Of a DNA stretch of 26,689 nt, positions 24,895 to 26,689 are shown piece after piece. The notes below the pieces were generated by a model. The model saw only the letters and a program-made list of their open reading frames with translations. It was not told where the DNA came from and ran no database searches. Within the stretch, counting starts at the first letter, position 1; each line of letters opens with the position of its first letter. Position numbers and translations under genes: made by a program. Origin of the DNA: an uncultured Gammaproteobacteria bacterium (lineage in GTDB: Bacteria; Pseudomonadota; Gammaproteobacteria; Chromatiales; Chromatiaceae); contig CBFDBF010000001.1 of the NCBI GenBank assembly GCA_965602975.1, positions 1-26,689 of the forward strand. Direction: 5' to 3'.

Positions 24895-25464
24895 TTATTC
24901 ACTAGGGGAGTTCCAGGACGGGTCAAAACCCGCAGGTAGTTTGTGGGCTATGCCTTTGTGACAGTCAATACAGGTATTGGTCAGATTTTTACCGTCCACC
25001 GCCTCCCAGTAATGGGGGTCGTGACGATCAGCGCTACGCGTGGACTGTTTTTCCAGATCCATAGATTCAAATTTGTGGCAATTACGGCACTCGCGAGAGT
25101 CGGTCTCCTTCATGGCTTTCCAGACATTTTGTGCCAGTTCTAGTCGTTTATCTTCAAATTTCTATGGGGTATCTATAGTACCCATCGCTTTGTGGTATAG
25201 CTCATTGGTCGCTTGGATCTTGCGTACGAACTTATAGACCCACTCCTTGGGGACATGACAGTCGGGGCAGGTAGCACGGACACCGGTACGGTTGGTGAAA
25301 TGTACAGTTTCCTGCAGCTCCTGATAGACAGTCGCTTCCATCTCATGACAGGAGATACAGAATGCCTCTGTGTTAGTGGCCTCCATTGCCGTATTGAACC
25401 CACCCCAAAGGATAACACCTATAATAACACCTATAGTGAGGAGGCTTGCAGTGCCTTTTTTCAT
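24895..25464 (-). pseudogene. napC: NapC/NirT tetraheme cytochrome c with a single in-frame amber stop at codon 101
   Basis: [22 protein letters not shown], ...GTIDTP-TAG(25164-25162)-KFEDKRLELAQNVWKAMKETDSRECRNCH...CIDCHKGIAH; the two ORF-track pieces are in the same frame. Confidence 0.9.
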
Positions 25465-25566
25465 CAGATTGGGTCTCCAGGATATAATTAGTAATCAGTC
25501 AACTTGACGACTTTACGCTTAAATTTGGAAGGGATGCCCTTCGCCATAGATAAAAATAGTCTTTAA

Positions 25567-25621
25567 AAGCCAGTCCCGCTTATCCCTAACTGTGGTGGCT
25601 AGGGATAAAGCGGTAAGGCTT
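25567..25621 (-). terminator. Long hairpin / probable terminator between napB and napC
   Basis: CCGCTTATCCCTA (25576-25588) pairs with TAGGGATAAAGCGG (25600-25613) with one bulge; outer AAGCC/GGCTT; followed by TTTT on the minus strand. Confidence 0.6.
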
Positions 25622-25625
25622 AAGC

Positions 25626-26054
25626 TTATTTAGCACCCTGGAATGTATTCTCCACCAGTGGAGTAGCCTCTACCTGTGTTGCATGGCATCCGTGACAGAA
25701 ATATCGACGGCTATCCACCTTCTCTGTCTTATTACCATTGCGATCCTCATAGTGGCTGTCGCCTGCCTTGGGCGCTTTCTCTTGTTCGTAGGTTGCAGCA
25801 CTGTGGCACTTCATACAGGTATTAACTTTGAGGTTAATCTCATCTTTGTCGATTTTGTGTGGAATGGCAGGGGGTTGGATTTTGTAACTCCGTTCAATCC
25901 CACCTTCTACCTCTATCTGTTGCATGGAGACCGGCTGTTGCGCTGATGCAGTCAGGTCATGAGTGCCGCGCAGAGAGGCGACTCCCGATAAGGCGATCTC
26001 GGTAAACACGAGAGTTGCCAGGGCTATTACTGTTATTGCAATTGTCTTTTTCAT
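25626..26054 (-). CDS. napB: Periplasmic nitrate reductase diheme cytochrome c subunit NapB
   Basis: Signal peptide, SLRG, QPPAIPH, NTCMKCH, HYEDR, RRYFCHGCHATQ...PLVENTF. GGAGAG RBS supports ATG 26054. Confidence 0.93.
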   Translation of the reverse strand: MKKTIAITVIALATLVFTEIALSGVASLRGTHDLTASAQQPVSMQQIEVEGGIERSYKIQPPAIPHKIDKDEINLKVNTCMKCHSAATYEQEKAPKAGDSHYEDRNGNKTEKVDSRRYFCHGCHATQVEATPLVENTFQGAK

Positions 26055-26118
26055 CTCTCTCTCCATTACGTGTGTAAATAGGTTTCTCAAAGACTTCATC
26101 AAAAACTGGGGTGGGGCG

Positions 26119-26689
26119 TTAATCTGCTGCACCCCGTCTTATCTCGGATGTTCCCCACTCTGTGTTGGTAAAACGGGTGCCAAAGCTAAATACATCTTCG
26201 GCACAAACATCTATACAGCGACCGCAGTTAGTGCAGTTGCCGGAAAGGATCGTTGGGCCGATGCCATCATCTGCCCCTTTCAAGGCTGGACGAATTACCT
26301 GCTCTTCTGTGCAAACTTCGTAGCAGTCCATGCAGTCATCACATTTTTCACGGTCATGCGCTACCACTCGGACTAGACTCTTATGGCCAAGCAGGCTGTA
26401 AAATGCTCCTACTGGACAAATTCGGCCGCACCACCCATCCTTGGCTATAAATAGATCGAACAGGAAGACACCAAGCAGGAGTACCCAAGCCATCCCCAAC
26501 CCGAATACGATGCCGCGGAACATAATTGATACTGGGTTGAACAGCTCCCAGATAACTACTCCAGTTATCAATGGTAAAATCAGGGTTAGTCCTAGCATCC
26601 AATAGCGGGTATTACGGGAGATATGAGCGCTGGTTCTGATATCCAGGAGCCTTCTGGTACAGCAGGCCGCATCGGTCACCAGATTTACT
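26119..26689 (-). CDS. napH: Quinol dehydrogenase ferredoxin subunit NapH (5' part outside the window)
   Basis: Frame is open to the window edge (VNLVTDAA...), RYWMLG, GWCGRICPVGAFY, CDDCMDCYEVC, CTNCGRCIDVC...F.FGTRF. Confidence 0.93.
   Translation of the reverse strand, partial: VNLVTDAACCTRRLLDIRTSAHISRNTRYWMLGLTLILPLITGVVIWELFNPVSIMFRGIVFGLGMAWVLLLGVFLFDLFIAKDGWCGRICPVGAFYSLLGHKSLVRVVAHDREKCDDCMDCYEVCTEEQVIRPALKGADDGIGPTILSGNCTNCGRCIDVCAEDVFSFGTRFTNTEWGTSEIRRGAAD

Noticed and set aside
24895-25113. Separate 72-aa cytochrome gene
   Set aside because: It is the in-frame C-terminal half of napC downstream of the amber codon.
25162-25164. Programmed pyrrolysine/selenocysteine recoding in napC
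   Set aside because: Sec uses TGA, not TAG; the position is a Glu in homologues and one substitution from GAG; many genes here use TAG as a normal stop (e.g. 1243, 4136, 5439).

Overview
Gammaproteobacterial chromosome segment; the gene content fits a denitrifying, probably sulfur-metabolising organism (inference). Left part: a 5'-disrupted HlyD-family T1SS adaptor, AsmA, an Lpp/OprI-like lipoprotein convergent with an L,D-transpeptidase, yggX, tRNA-Phe(GAA) and a FixL/TtrS-FixJ/TtrR-type two-component pair. Middle: a ~3.1 kb islet (persulfide dioxygenase, two integron-type gene cassettes with attC sites but no integrase in the window, IS3 remnant). It is bracketed by a ~90% identical duplication of the junction between the response regulator and norD. 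Next come a cNor cluster (norC-norB, norE/norF-like, norQ, membrane protein, norD) with a perfect FNR/DNR box, a divergent tri-heme cytochrome c, an SNase-like protein and a DnrP-like protein. Right part: a low-GC Moco biosynthesis block (moaA, D, E, C, B, fused mobA-mobB, moeA) and the end of a nap operon (napH partial, napB, napC with one in-frame TAG). Several MITE/REP-like elements occupy intergenic regions. All family calls come from motif recognition by eye; no database searches were run.
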